Source: a virus
Taxonomy: Duplodnaviria > Caudoviricetes
Virus record (IMG/VR): IMGVR_UViG_3300027749_000427
Location: 1-26,994 of that record
DNA length: 26,994 nucleotides
Direction: 5' to 3' (one strand)
Shown: piece by piece, positions 1 to 8,942 of the stretch
How the letters are laid out: each line of letters starts with the position of its first letter
Position numbering within the stretch: the first letter of the stretch is position 1
Program-made: the position numbers and the translations under genes
Notes under the pieces: model-generated
Seen by the model: only the letters and a program-made list of their open reading frames with translations
The model's database searches: none
What the model was told of the DNA's origin: nothing

Positions 1-841
1 CTGTACCACTACTAGCTGTGTAATCAGAGCCTGTTAGCAATACGCCGTTTACATAGATTTGAAGATACCCCACTGCATAGGTAACTGTAAACGCTGTTTG
101 CCCTGCTGTAGCGGTAAAAGTAGTTCTTGTATATGCACTACCGCCCCCACCGCCTGAAGAATTAATTGTAACTACACCAGTCCCACCAGCAGGAGAAATA
201 GTTACGTTTGTTCCAGCAATGATTTGAGATACACCACCGGTAGCAGCAGACCAAGTTGCTGTTGTTCCGTTAGAAGTTAAAACATAACCATTTGTGCCTA
301 TTGCTAGTCGAGTAGAACTATTAGTACCATTACCAATAATTAGGTCGCCTGTAGTGGTAACCGGAGACAAAGCATTAAACGCTGCTGATGCAGTAGTCTG
401 CCCACTACCGCCGTTAGCAATAGGTAAGGCTGTACCAGAATAAGAGATTGCTAACGTACCACTACTGGTAATTGGTGAACCAGAAACAGACAAAAACGCT
501 GGAACAGTTGCAGCCACCGAGGTGACGTAGGACAGTGAAGGAATATCAGCAGTTGTTAAAGCGCGAAAACTTGGTGCTGCGGGTACCCCAGATGTAGGGC
601 CAATAAATACCAAATTTGCGGTAGTTAGTGAAGAACCAGTGCCTCCGTTAGCAATTGGAAGTGTCCCAGTTACACCTGTAGAAAGCGGCAACCCCGTAGC
701 ATTAGTAAGAACACCGGATGCCGGTGTGCCCAAAGCGTTGCCAGACTGATACTTATCTGTATTGAGGTTACTAAAATTGGTATCGACCTCCGTATTGGTT
801 AACGGAGAGCCTTTAACCGAACGAAGAACGATGGTTGACAT
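1..841 (-). CDS. Tail fibre / receptor-binding protein, N-terminal part (runs off the window)
   Basis: Not in the ORF track. Manual translation from ATG 841: [27 protein letters not shown]..., with repeated LPIANGG(T/S)G motifs, G/T/S-rich, open to position 1. RBS AAGGA at 849-853. Confidence 0.8.
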   Translation of the reverse strand, partial: MSTIVLRSVKGSPLTNTEVDTNFSNLNTDKYQSGNALGTPASGVLTNATGLPLSTGVTGTLPIANGGTGSSLTTANLVFIGPTSGVPAAPSFRALTTADIPSLSYVTSVAATVPAFLSVSGSPITSSGTLAISYSGTALPIANGGSGQTTASAAFNALSPVTTTGDLIIGNGTNSSTRLAIGTNGYVLTSNGTTATWSAATGGVSQIIAGTNVTISPAGGTGVVTINSSGGGGGSAYTRTTFTATAGQTAFTVTYAVGYLQIYVNGVLLTGSDYTASSGT

Positions 842-851
842 TAGCTAGTCC

Positions 852-1298
852 TTAGCTGACAGTAATTGTCCAAGTAATACTCATTACGTCGGCTGCGCCC
901 TTGTTAACAACTGCAAATACTGTACGGCAAAGCATTGTGCCCGCGCTAGCGGCGTTAAAAACACCTGCTTCAGTAACAGCACCAGTACCTGTACCGGCTG
1001 GGAACGACGCAACATACGTTACCACATTGGTAGCCGCTGTACCGCTTGTCAAAGTTACCCGCGAACTAGAAATAACAGTTTGCAGCGTTGTATCGCCAAC
1101 AGCGGCGGCTGTAGTACCAGTGCCAAGTTCCATCCAACCCATAACAGTAGATGCAACACCAACTATACGAGATGCAATGAAAGTTTTGCCTGTTGTGACA
1201 ACTAAATTTTTAATTTCACGGGAGTCTTTTACAACCCCATCTGAACCAATGATATCAATTTTGACATCACCAGTAATTTTAATATTATCGTTTACCAT
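852..1298 (-). CDS. Virion structural protein, tail-collar/fibre-attachment-like
   Basis: KNLVVTTGK...LGTGTTAA..GDTTL...GAVTEAGVF pattern typical of phage tail-collar-like domains; RBS AGGAG; position in tail module. Confidence 0.65.
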   Translation of the reverse strand: MVNDNIKITGDVKIDIIGSDGVVKDSREIKNLVVTTGKTFIASRIVGVASTVMGWMELGTGTTAAAVGDTTLQTVISSSRVTLTSGTAATNVVTYVASFPAGTGTGAVTEAGVFNAASAGTMLCRTVFAVVNKGAADVMSITWTITVS

Positions 1299-1311
1299 AA
1301 ACTACTCCTGT

Positions 1312-2010
1312 TTAAAAAGTTCTAGATTCCCCGACGTAATCTTCAGCAAAATAAGTAAAATCACAATACCCTTGGGATATTAATGTACCACTATCTGCTG
1401 AGGAAAACGAGTCTGAAAACACTTTAGTACTAGCTACTATAGAGCTATCTGAGGTTGATACAGTGTTATTTGTATAGTCCGAAAAAGACCATTCCGGGCC
1501 TGCTGCGTCTGATAAATCGTTTAGTGCAAAAGAGTCATTAAAGAATTTACTTACCCCAAATGCAATTACACTTGATGCGTCTGATATAGTAACTGTATCA
1601 GAATAAAGCGGGCTAACTAATAAACTATTAGAATCCGAAGAGTTAACTACATCGTTTACAGCACGGATAAAAATTAATACTGTTACTAAGTTATCAGTTA
1701 GTGTGGCAGTATCATTGAGATTTTTGCCTGTACTTAATACCTGTGTGTCAGTTAATATAAACGCATCAGCATCAGCAATTTTTGATATATTTAAGCTGGC
1801 TAAATCAGCAATACTAAAAATATCAGTAATGTATTTAAACTTACCTGTTGTATCTAAATATGCGCTTGCAACTAAAAGAATATACGCTACATCTACTACA
1901 GGATAAACCCTAGTAGCACCTACTACTGGAACAACTGTAGAAACACCTACTCTTAGTTTTACCGAAGTAACTATTGCAGAAGTGTTATTACCAGTTATTT
2001 GCGCGGGCAT
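1312..2010 (-). CDS. Putative virion structural protein (S/T/D-rich, degenerate repeats)
   Basis: 232 aa ORF with recurring xDxxxxSD units and aromatic C-terminus YCDFTYFAEDYVG; lies in tail module. Confidence 0.55.
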   Translation of the reverse strand: MPAQITGNNTSAIVTSVKLRVGVSTVVPVVGATRVYPVVDVAYILLVASAYLDTTGKFKYITDIFSIADLASLNISKIADADAFILTDTQVLSTGKNLNDTATLTDNLVTVLIFIRAVNDVVNSSDSNSLLVSPLYSDTVTISDASSVIAFGVSKFFNDSFALNDLSDAAGPEWSFSDYTNNTVSTSDSSIVASTKVFSDSFSSADSGTLISQGYCDFTYFAEDYVGESRTF

Positions 2011-2342
2011 TAGAAATCACTCCGCACCTTAAATTTTAAAAGGTCGTATACAGTTTGAATTTGTCCATCAGCAAATGTAATTTGAATTTCACCTTCATAG
2101 TCACCGGCAGCCCCAGATAACATTTCAGGAGCAGAAGAAGGATAAAAAGTAACTTGCCCATTAAGGGCGTCTGTCACTGATCCAGTCACAGTAGCTTGTA
2201 ATGTTGTTGACCCAACTGCGCGAAACTTTAAAAGAACTGTAGCTCCAGATAAATTAATAGCCGCGCTAGTTACATCATCTGTAATGGCGCATACCAACGC
2301 AGGGCGCGTATCGTCTTGGACAAGTTTAATTTTATCGGTCAT
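2010..2342 (-). CDS. Ig-like virion protein (BppU N-terminal-like)
   Basis: LVQDDTRP...INLSGATV...GQVTF...GDYEGEIQITFADG pattern resembles BppU/DUF2479-type Ig domains; overlaps neighbours. Confidence 0.6.
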   Translation of the reverse strand: MTDKIKLVQDDTRPALVCAITDDVTSAAINLSGATVLLKFRAVGSTTLQATVTGSVTDALNGQVTFYPSSAPEMLSGAAGDYEGEIQITFADGQIQTVYDLLKFKVRSDF

Positions 2343-2989
2343 ACAAGCCTCTGGAATTCAATCTGTACCGATGCACGAGTCAGCCCTTTGTTAACTTGCG
2401 TGCGAACATCAGCCATTACATCGTTGAATCGTTTTAAGTACTCAAGGGACGTTTTTAAGTCGTAGTATGGTTGATTCGGTGTATTGTACAAACGCGCACG
2501 CGCTCCATAGGCAATATCTTCAAGAAACCGTTCATAGATTTCCTCCTTTACACCTGTAGACGCTCGGCTAGGGGTGAGCGCTGCCCGTATACGAATTTTT
2601 CCAGCTTCCGTTACTTGTGGGTAGGGTACTAACTGGATTTCTTGTGAAGAAGGACGAAAGTAGTAATACGGATTACCACCCAACGTATTCCAGTTGGTGC
2701 TACGATAAATTTGCGTCAACTGCTCAATTGATTTTGGCACAAGGAATGAGTCCCCATACCATACTTCAACAACATCAGCAATTTTGTATGTGCCATCGTT
2801 TGGCTCAAGATCGTATTTACTAATGCCAGAAATTCCAGACATAGAATCAAGGTTGTCTTGGATATACCGGGTTTCTTGGCAGAATTGAATACATGCGTTT
2901 CGTATGGCTTGAATAGCCACAATTTCGGGTACATCCCGAACGTAAGGCATAACCTCGACCAGAAAATTGTCGTAGGTAACTTCGCTCAT
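2339..2989 (-). CDS. Head-tail adaptor/connector-like protein
   Basis: 216 aa; AIRNACIQFCQET and IAYGARARL...QPY motifs seen in podophage adaptor proteins; ATGA-coupled to upstream adaptor. Confidence 0.6.
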   Translation of the reverse strand: MSEVTYDNFLVEVMPYVRDVPEIVAIQAIRNACIQFCQETRYIQDNLDSMSGISGISKYDLEPNDGTYKIADVVEVWYGDSFLVPKSIEQLTQIYRSTNWNTLGGNPYYYFRPSSQEIQLVPYPQVTEAGKIRIRAALTPSRASTGVKEEIYERFLEDIAYGARARLYNTPNQPYYDLKTSLEYLKRFNDVMADVRTQVNKGLTRASVQIEFQRLV

Positions 2990-3672
2990 GACATAGACCC
3001 GCCGACGTTAGGATTGCGTGGCAAAAGCGCCTGTTCTGGGCCTGCTTTGACTTCTGACTGCTCTTTGACGCCAACAGACGCAGTAAACGTGGTCAAGTAC
3101 ATTTGACCAAGCGCTACACCCGGAGCATATTCAGCATCTTTGGTGCAAGCCCTGTACATAATGTAATCAAAAAGTGGCATTTGGTATACATCAAACATTG
3201 GGATAACCTGTGACTCAGAAGTCAGATCAGATGGCTGTGCTGAGTAGTTTATCTCAAGGTAGTTTGTCCCCGTGCTCGGCGGATAAACGTAGTAAGCCGT
3301 TTGATCTTGTAGATCATAGATATAGTTCTGCGTGACTGCACTTGCTGTGGCTGTATGCCAACTTGGGTTAAACCCGTCAATCAGTTCACGAGAAATAACA
3401 CGTACAGCACGACCCGGAGTCGTACCTGTAGTGCCCATGTTTCGATAAATACCTAAAAGTAACCATCCGCCTGTGGGTAAAAGCTGGCGCGTGCCTGCGG
3501 TAAGTTGTACAGCTCCGGGCGTATTAGTTGCAGTAGGCTGCATAAGAACAATCTGCCGCAGACCATCATTAAGCGACTTAAGTAGTTCAGCCCTTGTCCA
3601 TCTAATGCCTGCAATATCAATAAGCTGCGAGGCAGCTTTGTCAATAATTGTGCCTGCGGTTACAGTTGCCAT
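2986..3672 (-). CDS. Head-tail adaptor protein (DUF6682-like)
   Basis: IRWTRAELLxxLNDG, YYVYPP and DYIMYRAxxKDAEYA motifs; directly downstream of capsid genes. Confidence 0.7.
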   Translation of the reverse strand: MATVTAGTIIDKAASQLIDIAGIRWTRAELLKSLNDGLRQIVLMQPTATNTPGAVQLTAGTRQLLPTGGWLLLGIYRNMGTTGTTPGRAVRVISRELIDGFNPSWHTATASAVTQNYIYDLQDQTAYYVYPPSTGTNYLEINYSAQPSDLTSESQVIPMFDVYQMPLFDYIMYRACTKDAEYAPGVALGQMYLTTFTASVGVKEQSEVKAGPEQALLPRNPNVGGSMS

Positions 3673-3680
3673 GCTCTACC

Positions 3681-3708
3681 TTTGAAGAATAGGGGCCGAA
3701 GCCCCTAT
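3681..3708 (-). terminator. Probable intrinsic terminator or stabilising hairpin after decoration gene
   Basis: Minus strand ATAGGGGC-TTCG-GCCCCTAT (C-UUCG-G tetraloop) followed by a weak TCTT tail. Confidence 0.6.
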
Positions 3709-3711
3709 ATA

Positions 3712-4101
3712 TTAAGCACCTTTAATGGCAATCCAAGTTGCGGCTGTGTCATCCACTTTAATAAATTTAGTAACTGTAAGAGTCGACAACGAATAGGCTG
3801 CACCTGCCGTGCCCCCATTTATAACGCCTGTCGATGCTGTTGCAGAACCATAAACTTTTAAAGTAGCGGCTGAAGTGTTTGCTACCACAACTGTATCACC
3901 AGCTACACGGTTTGTAGGAAGGGTTACCCCGTCTGTTGTACTAGCGACAACTGTCGATACCACGTTTATATCAGCAGTCAAAGCCGTACCAGTTGTAATG
4001 GTAGTACCAGCAGCAGCAATACCAGTTGCCACAGTACCAACAACACCGGCGGCTTGAGTGCCGTATAAACCGCTAATTACCAAGTCATTTTTCGTAGTCA
4101 T
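3712..4101 (-). CDS. Putative capsid decoration/cement protein
   Basis: 129 aa, A/T/G/V-rich beta-type sequence immediately after the major capsid gene; RBS AAGGA. Confidence 0.6.
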   Translation of the reverse strand: MTTKNDLVISGLYGTQAAGVVGTVATGIAAAGTTITTGTALTADINVVSTVVASTTDGVTLPTNRVAGDTVVVANTSAATLKVYGSATASTGVINGGTAGAAYSLSTLTVTKFIKVDDTAATWIAIKGA

Positions 4102-4117
4102 GTTTTTTCCTTTAGGT

Positions 4118-4142
4118 AAGAAAAGCGGGGCCGAAGCCCCGC
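4118..4142 (-). terminator. Intrinsic terminator after major capsid gene
   Basis: Minus strand GCGGGGC-TTCG-GCCCCGC followed by TTTTCTT. Confidence 0.8.
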
Positions 4143-4150
4143 CTTATTCT

Positions 4151-5173
4151 TTAGCCTGCGACATTCAAGAGAGCCAGACCGTTGGCCTGAGCTACTTGGG
4201 TGCCATAGACGTTCAGACCGCGAACCAGCGTACCGAAGTCGTTGGGGTTTTGCAGGGACTCAACCTTGGCAATTTGCGATGCAAAGGTGATGGCAGATTT
4301 GTGGCCTGCAACAACAGCGTGACGCTTCAGAGCACTTGTCAACGTGGCATCAGTGCCAGTGTTGGGGTTCATGTAGGTCTTACCAGCAGCGCCGCGTGGG
4401 ACGAGGTTGGAGACATACACAGTGAAGCGGTCAATCATACCGATCTTGCCGTTGCGCAGAACGCTAGCAGCATCACCCATGAACTGGGCTTGAGCCAAGT
4501 TCGATTGCATCAAGATTTGACGCTCAGTGGGGGTGATAACCAACCAACGGTCAGTCTCAGGCACGTTGTTTTCATCCAACACGCTGGACAAAGCGGTGAT
4601 GCTTTGCAGGATGTTAGCAGCGGTCAACGCGACAGGAGCTAGATCAGTACCTAGATTGAACGAGGCAGAGATAGCACCGGCAGTAGCGCCTTGGTTAGCG
4701 GCAGCGCCTTGGTTGTAGTTCGTGTACAAGATGTCCTTGTCGATCTGAATCTTCATCTGCATGGCGGCGTCATTGGTGAACATGTCCATCAATTTAGGCT
4801 TGGCTTGCAGTTCCAACACGTTGTTGACGTTCACACCAAAGTACTTACCCTTGTTGATAACCAACTGGATAGTGCTAGGAGCAGGTACTTCATAAGCCAA
4901 ATTTTGACCGATGCTGTAGCTGTTAATGGTGATCGAAGGGATCGTGTTGATAATCACGGTGTCACCCATGCCGGTGATATCACCTTGCCAGTCGGTATTG
5001 GCGATTTCGCCAAAAACGGTGGCGGCATAGAATTTCTGGGCCAGCTTGCCAGACCAGAGGGCGGGGATAAAGGAACCGGAATAAGCGGTGCCAGAATAAG
5101 CAACCTGACCACCGGGGGTGTTAAAACCACCCGAGTTAATGGGATAGGCTGCTGCTGCGGTAATAGTAGACAT
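4151..5173 (-). CDS. Major capsid protein (HK97 fold, P22/N4-gp56-like)
   Basis: 340 aa; FIPALWSGKL...NTDWQGDI...GDTVII, LDENNVPETDRW, FGTLVRGLNVYG motifs; follows scaffold and is followed by a terminator. Confidence 0.9.
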   Translation of the reverse strand: MSTITAAAAYPINSGGFNTPGGQVAYSGTAYSGSFIPALWSGKLAQKFYAATVFGEIANTDWQGDITGMGDTVIINTIPSITINSYSIGQNLAYEVPAPSTIQLVINKGKYFGVNVNNVLELQAKPKLMDMFTNDAAMQMKIQIDKDILYTNYNQGAAANQGATAGAISASFNLGTDLAPVALTAANILQSITALSSVLDENNVPETDRWLVITPTERQILMQSNLAQAQFMGDAASVLRNGKIGMIDRFTVYVSNLVPRGAAGKTYMNPNTGTDATLTSALKRHAVVAGHKSAITFASQIAKVESLQNPNDFGTLVRGLNVYGTQVAQANGLALLNVAG

Positions 5174-5223
5174 GGTATGTTCCTAATTCAAAAATGATTT
5201 GGCTAGGCCACCATGCTTGGGGA

Positions 5224-6165
5224 CTATCTAATTCGTCCTTCAGCGTAGGCGGCATGAATTTCTGCTTCAATCTTCGCCGCTTCATCGTTTGTAATCTTGT
5301 TCTTCATCCAGTCATCGTAAAACTGCGAAATTTCAGCTTGGCTAAAGTTCGGTTTTTCGGTTCCCAAATTCTGAGCAGGCGTACTACGAGAGCGAGTCGG
5401 CGCTACTTGACTCGAAAGACTCGGTGTTCTTTGTTGGGTCTTAGGGGTAACCATGGATTTGTACTGATTGAAAATTGCAGCCGTTCGGTCTGCGTCAAAT
5501 GCCTCATAAGCATTATTCAATCCATACTGACGTGGCAGCCCGTAAACCGGGTCTACTTCAGCCAACCATGCCAAGAAACCTGAATCTACATTCAAAGCTT
5601 CCCAGTCAGGAATTTTTGTGCTCAAGCTGGATAGGAACCTGTCTTTATCAGATACCACCTGCCGATCACTTACGTTCCCAAGCTTACCTTTTAACTCTCT
5701 GATTTCCCCAAGCAACTCAGCATTGCGATTCCGAACTTCGGAAACTTTTTGCTCAGAGGCACGGTCAATCAAATCCAACAAGTCAGAACCAAATGCTTCT
5801 TTGTCTTGTTCAGTGATAAGAGTCGATTTCGTCGTCGATGGCGTATTAATCTGTTGTACTTTGGCAGCAGCATTCTCAGCAATCAAGCCTTGAACCTGTT
5901 GGTTCAGTTCTCGTGTCTGTGCGTGCAGTCGTGGCACTTCAGCGTCATACATTCCCTTGAGCGTCAGGTACTTTCGTTCCCACGTTTCTTCGGGCACCGT
6001 CTTCGGTTGCGGCTCTTGCGAGACTGGTTGCGGCGGGTCGTTCGCTTCTAATTGAAGGTCTGGATTCTGGTTAGTCTCCGCATTTGCTGCGGTCTGACCG
6101 TTCATCTGGGCTACATACGCATCTGCGTCATCAATTTGCTGCTGAATTACTCGTGGCAATGCCAT
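5224..6165 (-). CDS. Capsid scaffolding protein
   Basis: 313 aa, acidic and coiled-coil; WERKYLTLKGMY, PDWEALN..GFLAWL and C-terminal AYAEGRIR; located between portal and capsid; RBS AAGGAG. Confidence 0.8.
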   Translation of the reverse strand: MALPRVIQQQIDDADAYVAQMNGQTAANAETNQNPDLQLEANDPPQPVSQEPQPKTVPEETWERKYLTLKGMYDAEVPRLHAQTRELNQQVQGLIAENAAAKVQQINTPSTTKSTLITEQDKEAFGSDLLDLIDRASEQKVSEVRNRNAELLGEIRELKGKLGNVSDRQVVSDKDRFLSSLSTKIPDWEALNVDSGFLAWLAEVDPVYGLPRQYGLNNAYEAFDADRTAAIFNQYKSMVTPKTQQRTPSLSSQVAPTRSRSTPAQNLGTEKPNFSQAEISQFYDDWMKNKITNDEAAKIEAEIHAAYAEGRIR

Positions 6166-6296
6166 ATCTCTATCTCCTTCGCTCCGACTACGCTTTGAAA
6201 CTCCGACTTTACGGTCAGTTTCTATTCGCTTACGGTCTGCTACTTTAGGGTTTCAAATTTGACTGTAATCTCCGACTTAACGGTCTGATTACTGTC
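6166..6296 (-). promoter_or_regulatory. Structured cis-regulatory RNA leader of scaffold gene (three copies of one hairpin module)
   Basis: RNA modules GUAAUC-A-GAC-CGUUAA-GUC-GGA-GAUUAC (6292-6265), GAAAC-U-GAC-CGUAAA-GUC-GGA-GUUUC (6222-6197) and a split copy GC-A-GAC-CGUAA...GUC-GGA-GC (6240-6181) ending next to the RBS. Confidence 0.65.
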
Positions 6297-6522
6297 TTCG
6301 GGTTTTGGCAAACAAGGTTTCCCCTTGTTCCACCATCTCAAGGATTTCCTTGAGTTCGATTTGTCGGCCTTGCAGCCGACTCTTCATTTCTTCACCTGTT
6401 GCTTCGCCAAGTCTTTCAAGAGTCTCTTGGCGTCGCGCTTTTAAATATTCTACCAGTGGTTGCATGTCTTGGGTACGCATCAGTGAGAAACACCGAGCTA
6501 CCCGATCATCGACACGAATCAC
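6289..6522 (-). CDS. Small helical protein between portal and scaffold
   Basis: 77 aa, GTG start abutting upstream stop; RLQGR motif typical of small head-module proteins at this position. Confidence 0.7.
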   Translation of the reverse strand: MIRVDDRVARCFSLMRTQDMQPLVEYLKARRQETLERLGEATGEEMKSRLQGRQIELKEILEMVEQGETLFAKTRRQ

Positions 6523-6714
6523 TTATTTGCACATTCCGTCAGTTTTGGCACATTCAGAAGTGTATTCAGCACCGCCGCGTTTACCCAAACTCATAATATC
6601 GCCGTTATTGCCGCCTGCGCCTTGCGAGGCTGGGCCTTTAGACATACCGTCAGTTTTGGCGGATTCCTGCGCGTATTCTTTGGAACGCGATTCCATTGGT
6701 TTGATAGCTTGCAT
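6523..6714 (-). CDS. Small protein with internal duplication
   Basis: 63 aa, strong RBS AAGGAG; EYAQESAKTDGMSK and EYTSECAKTDGMCK repeats. Confidence 0.7.
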   Translation of the reverse strand: MQAIKPMESRSKEYAQESAKTDGMSKGPASQGAGGNNGDIMSLGKRGGAEYTSECAKTDGMCK

Positions 6715-6733
6715 AAAAAACTCCTTTGTGTAG

Positions 6734-6761
6734 ATAATATACTAAAAAATTACACTGTCAA
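6734..6761 (-). promoter_or_regulatory. Sigma70-type promoter for scaffold/capsid transcript
   Basis: TTGACA (6761-6756), 16 nt spacer, TATTAT (6739-6734); the -35 box contains the portal stop codon. Confidence 0.7.
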
Positions 6762-8902
6762 CTGGGGATTCCAGCCTGTGGTGCAAAATTATTCGTCACT
6801 GCTGCGCCATTTTCAAGTTGCGCACCGGGGGCGGGGGCCGGAGGTGATCCCCCAGCTTGGGACTGCCCACTTGCTTGGTTGGCCTGCATCTGTTGCTGCT
6901 GGGCCATCTGTTGCTGCATAAGCATACGCTGTTTAATAATCTCAACCGGAGGGACGATAAGGTCTGGGTTAAGGTCAAGGGTTTTAGCCGACTGCCGTAG
7001 CAATTCTGCAATACCTTCCATACCAACCACCTGCTGGACAACTGGGCTTTGCAGCGCAATTTGCAGAAACTGGTTTTGACGGACTTGGGCTTGTTCTTTC
7101 TGAACCAGCGAAGCAGCACCGCGTGCGCGACAATTAACATCACCCTTTAGGTCAGGGTCAGAACCGTAACGCATATTATAAAAATACAGCCGGTTAATTG
7201 CGGGTTCAATAACTGCATTATCAATATTGGCAATAACCTGTTTAATAGATTTGCCTGCGTTAGTCATCAACATAGACATACCCGAAGCGGTACGTCCAGC
7301 ACCACCCGCAGGGCTATCGCCGGTCATATACCTAGGTATACCCGTGTATTCATCTGCCAGCGTAGCAAACTTTTCATATACAGCCATTAACTCCTGCGCA
7401 AGCGAATTTGGCTGGTAAAACTGCATTGGTGGCGCACTGCCAGCCATTGGGTCGGACGTAACCTGCCAGACCTTCCATGGATATAGCTGGGTAATATTCT
7501 CGCCCTGCGGCAGCCGGTCAATGTTGTAAACCACCTGTGGGCCGGACGAAATGGACATGTTATTGACCAACGACCTTGCGGCTGCGTTGCAAATGTCCTG
7601 TGTATCACGGCACAAGTCGGCTACGGAGTTACCCCAAAATGCACCGGGGACTTCTTCGTAGGACGCCTTAAAGTACGGCTTGCGGCCTAATGGATCGGGG
7701 TTTACTGCGGCTTTAATCACCCAGTGGCCCACTACCCAGCCCTCAATCGGATAATCCATTAAAGGGTCTGGAATTTCTTCTTCCGTTAAACCCCAGTCAA
7801 GGAGTAACTGCCCTTGCACGCTGCCCCAGTATTGAAGCGCGTCAATGAGTTCAGACGGGTTCTGCTGTACGCCCATGGTTGACTTGCCCTCAGCCGCAGC
7901 CTTGTTCATGTCAACGTAAATCCAGTCGCGTAGACCGCCTTTGCCATATTCTTCCAGCACGCCACGGATGGCATTCTCGCTGTAGCCCTCAACGCCAATC
8001 ATGGCTTGCAGGTCAGACCGGGACAGCTTATGGCGCTCAATGAGCGCACCGCCATCGTCGATATCCGTCATGTCCGCAGCGGGGTACAGATTAAACGGGT
8101 CAACTCGTTCCCACTCAAGGCAGAGTTCATCAACTACATCAAGCTTAAAGTGACCAGCCGCACCGGGAACCCACTTCATCTTTGGGCGCTTGCGGACAAC
8201 CGGCCCCTTCATGATTGCAGAGGGAAACGTGGTGATATCGTCTAGGAAATCGCTGAACGCCTTAGACCAATTGCCTTCATACAACTGGTCTTCCATCTTC
8301 AGTTCCATACGCTCAGCCGTGCGTTTTGCCATGTCCTGTAGGTGAGACATCGCCATGTCCTTCATCTCAAGCAAACGCTCACGCACCTGCTGATTTGTCG
8401 GGGGTGTACCAGCCATGTATAGCTGCTGCACTTCCTGCTGCGCCTGCTCCATGATTGACTGCACTTGGTCAGGTGGGAGGTCTGGCATCGGGCTTGGTTT
8501 GATAGTCCAAGGCTTATCCTCAGCGGCAGTGACAAGGGTATCTTTCAACCAGCTAGAAGCCGCACGACATTTGTTTGATGTCAGCATCATGTAGATAGTG
8601 GCGCTACCCTGCTCACGTAGCTGGGCCAGCTTGTCAGGGTCATATTCCCCGCGCCGTGCCCGGACAGACTTGAGCATCTTGATCTCAGAAGTCTGCTGCT
8701 TTGCCAGCATGGCAGACATCCATTTCATACGAATATACCCAGCCAAAGCTTGTACTACAGGCTGAGAATTAGCCCGTTGTGCTTCGGCCTTTGCCTCGTC
8801 CTGAAGCCCTTTGAGAGACTTAATAGTGACAAGACCGCCTGCCGAAACTACTCCCGGCGCATTGCTGTTCGTAATATTTAAGCCAAGTTGCATATGTGCC
8901 AC
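6758..8902 (-). CDS. Portal protein
   Basis: 714 aa directly after TerL; WERVDPFNLYP, GAFWGNSV, RTASGMSML and Q-rich C-terminus typical of P22-like portals. Start may be ATG 8893. Confidence 0.88.
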   Translation of the reverse strand: MAHMQLGLNITNSNAPGVVSAGGLVTIKSLKGLQDEAKAEAQRANSQPVVQALAGYIRMKWMSAMLAKQQTSEIKMLKSVRARRGEYDPDKLAQLREQGSATIYMMLTSNKCRAASSWLKDTLVTAAEDKPWTIKPSPMPDLPPDQVQSIMEQAQQEVQQLYMAGTPPTNQQVRERLLEMKDMAMSHLQDMAKRTAERMELKMEDQLYEGNWSKAFSDFLDDITTFPSAIMKGPVVRKRPKMKWVPGAAGHFKLDVVDELCLEWERVDPFNLYPAADMTDIDDGGALIERHKLSRSDLQAMIGVEGYSENAIRGVLEEYGKGGLRDWIYVDMNKAAAEGKSTMGVQQNPSELIDALQYWGSVQGQLLLDWGLTEEEIPDPLMDYPIEGWVVGHWVIKAAVNPDPLGRKPYFKASYEEVPGAFWGNSVADLCRDTQDICNAAARSLVNNMSISSGPQVVYNIDRLPQGENITQLYPWKVWQVTSDPMAGSAPPMQFYQPNSLAQELMAVYEKFATLADEYTGIPRYMTGDSPAGGAGRTASGMSMLMTNAGKSIKQVIANIDNAVIEPAINRLYFYNMRYGSDPDLKGDVNCRARGAASLVQKEQAQVRQNQFLQIALQSPVVQQVVGMEGIAELLRQSAKTLDLNPDLIVPPVEIIKQRMLMQQQMAQQQQMQANQASGQSQAGGSPPAPAPGAQLENGAAVTNNFAPQAGIPS

Positions 8903-8942
8903 ATCTTTGTTTGGGGGTGTGTAAACGATTTTGGTTTACGTG

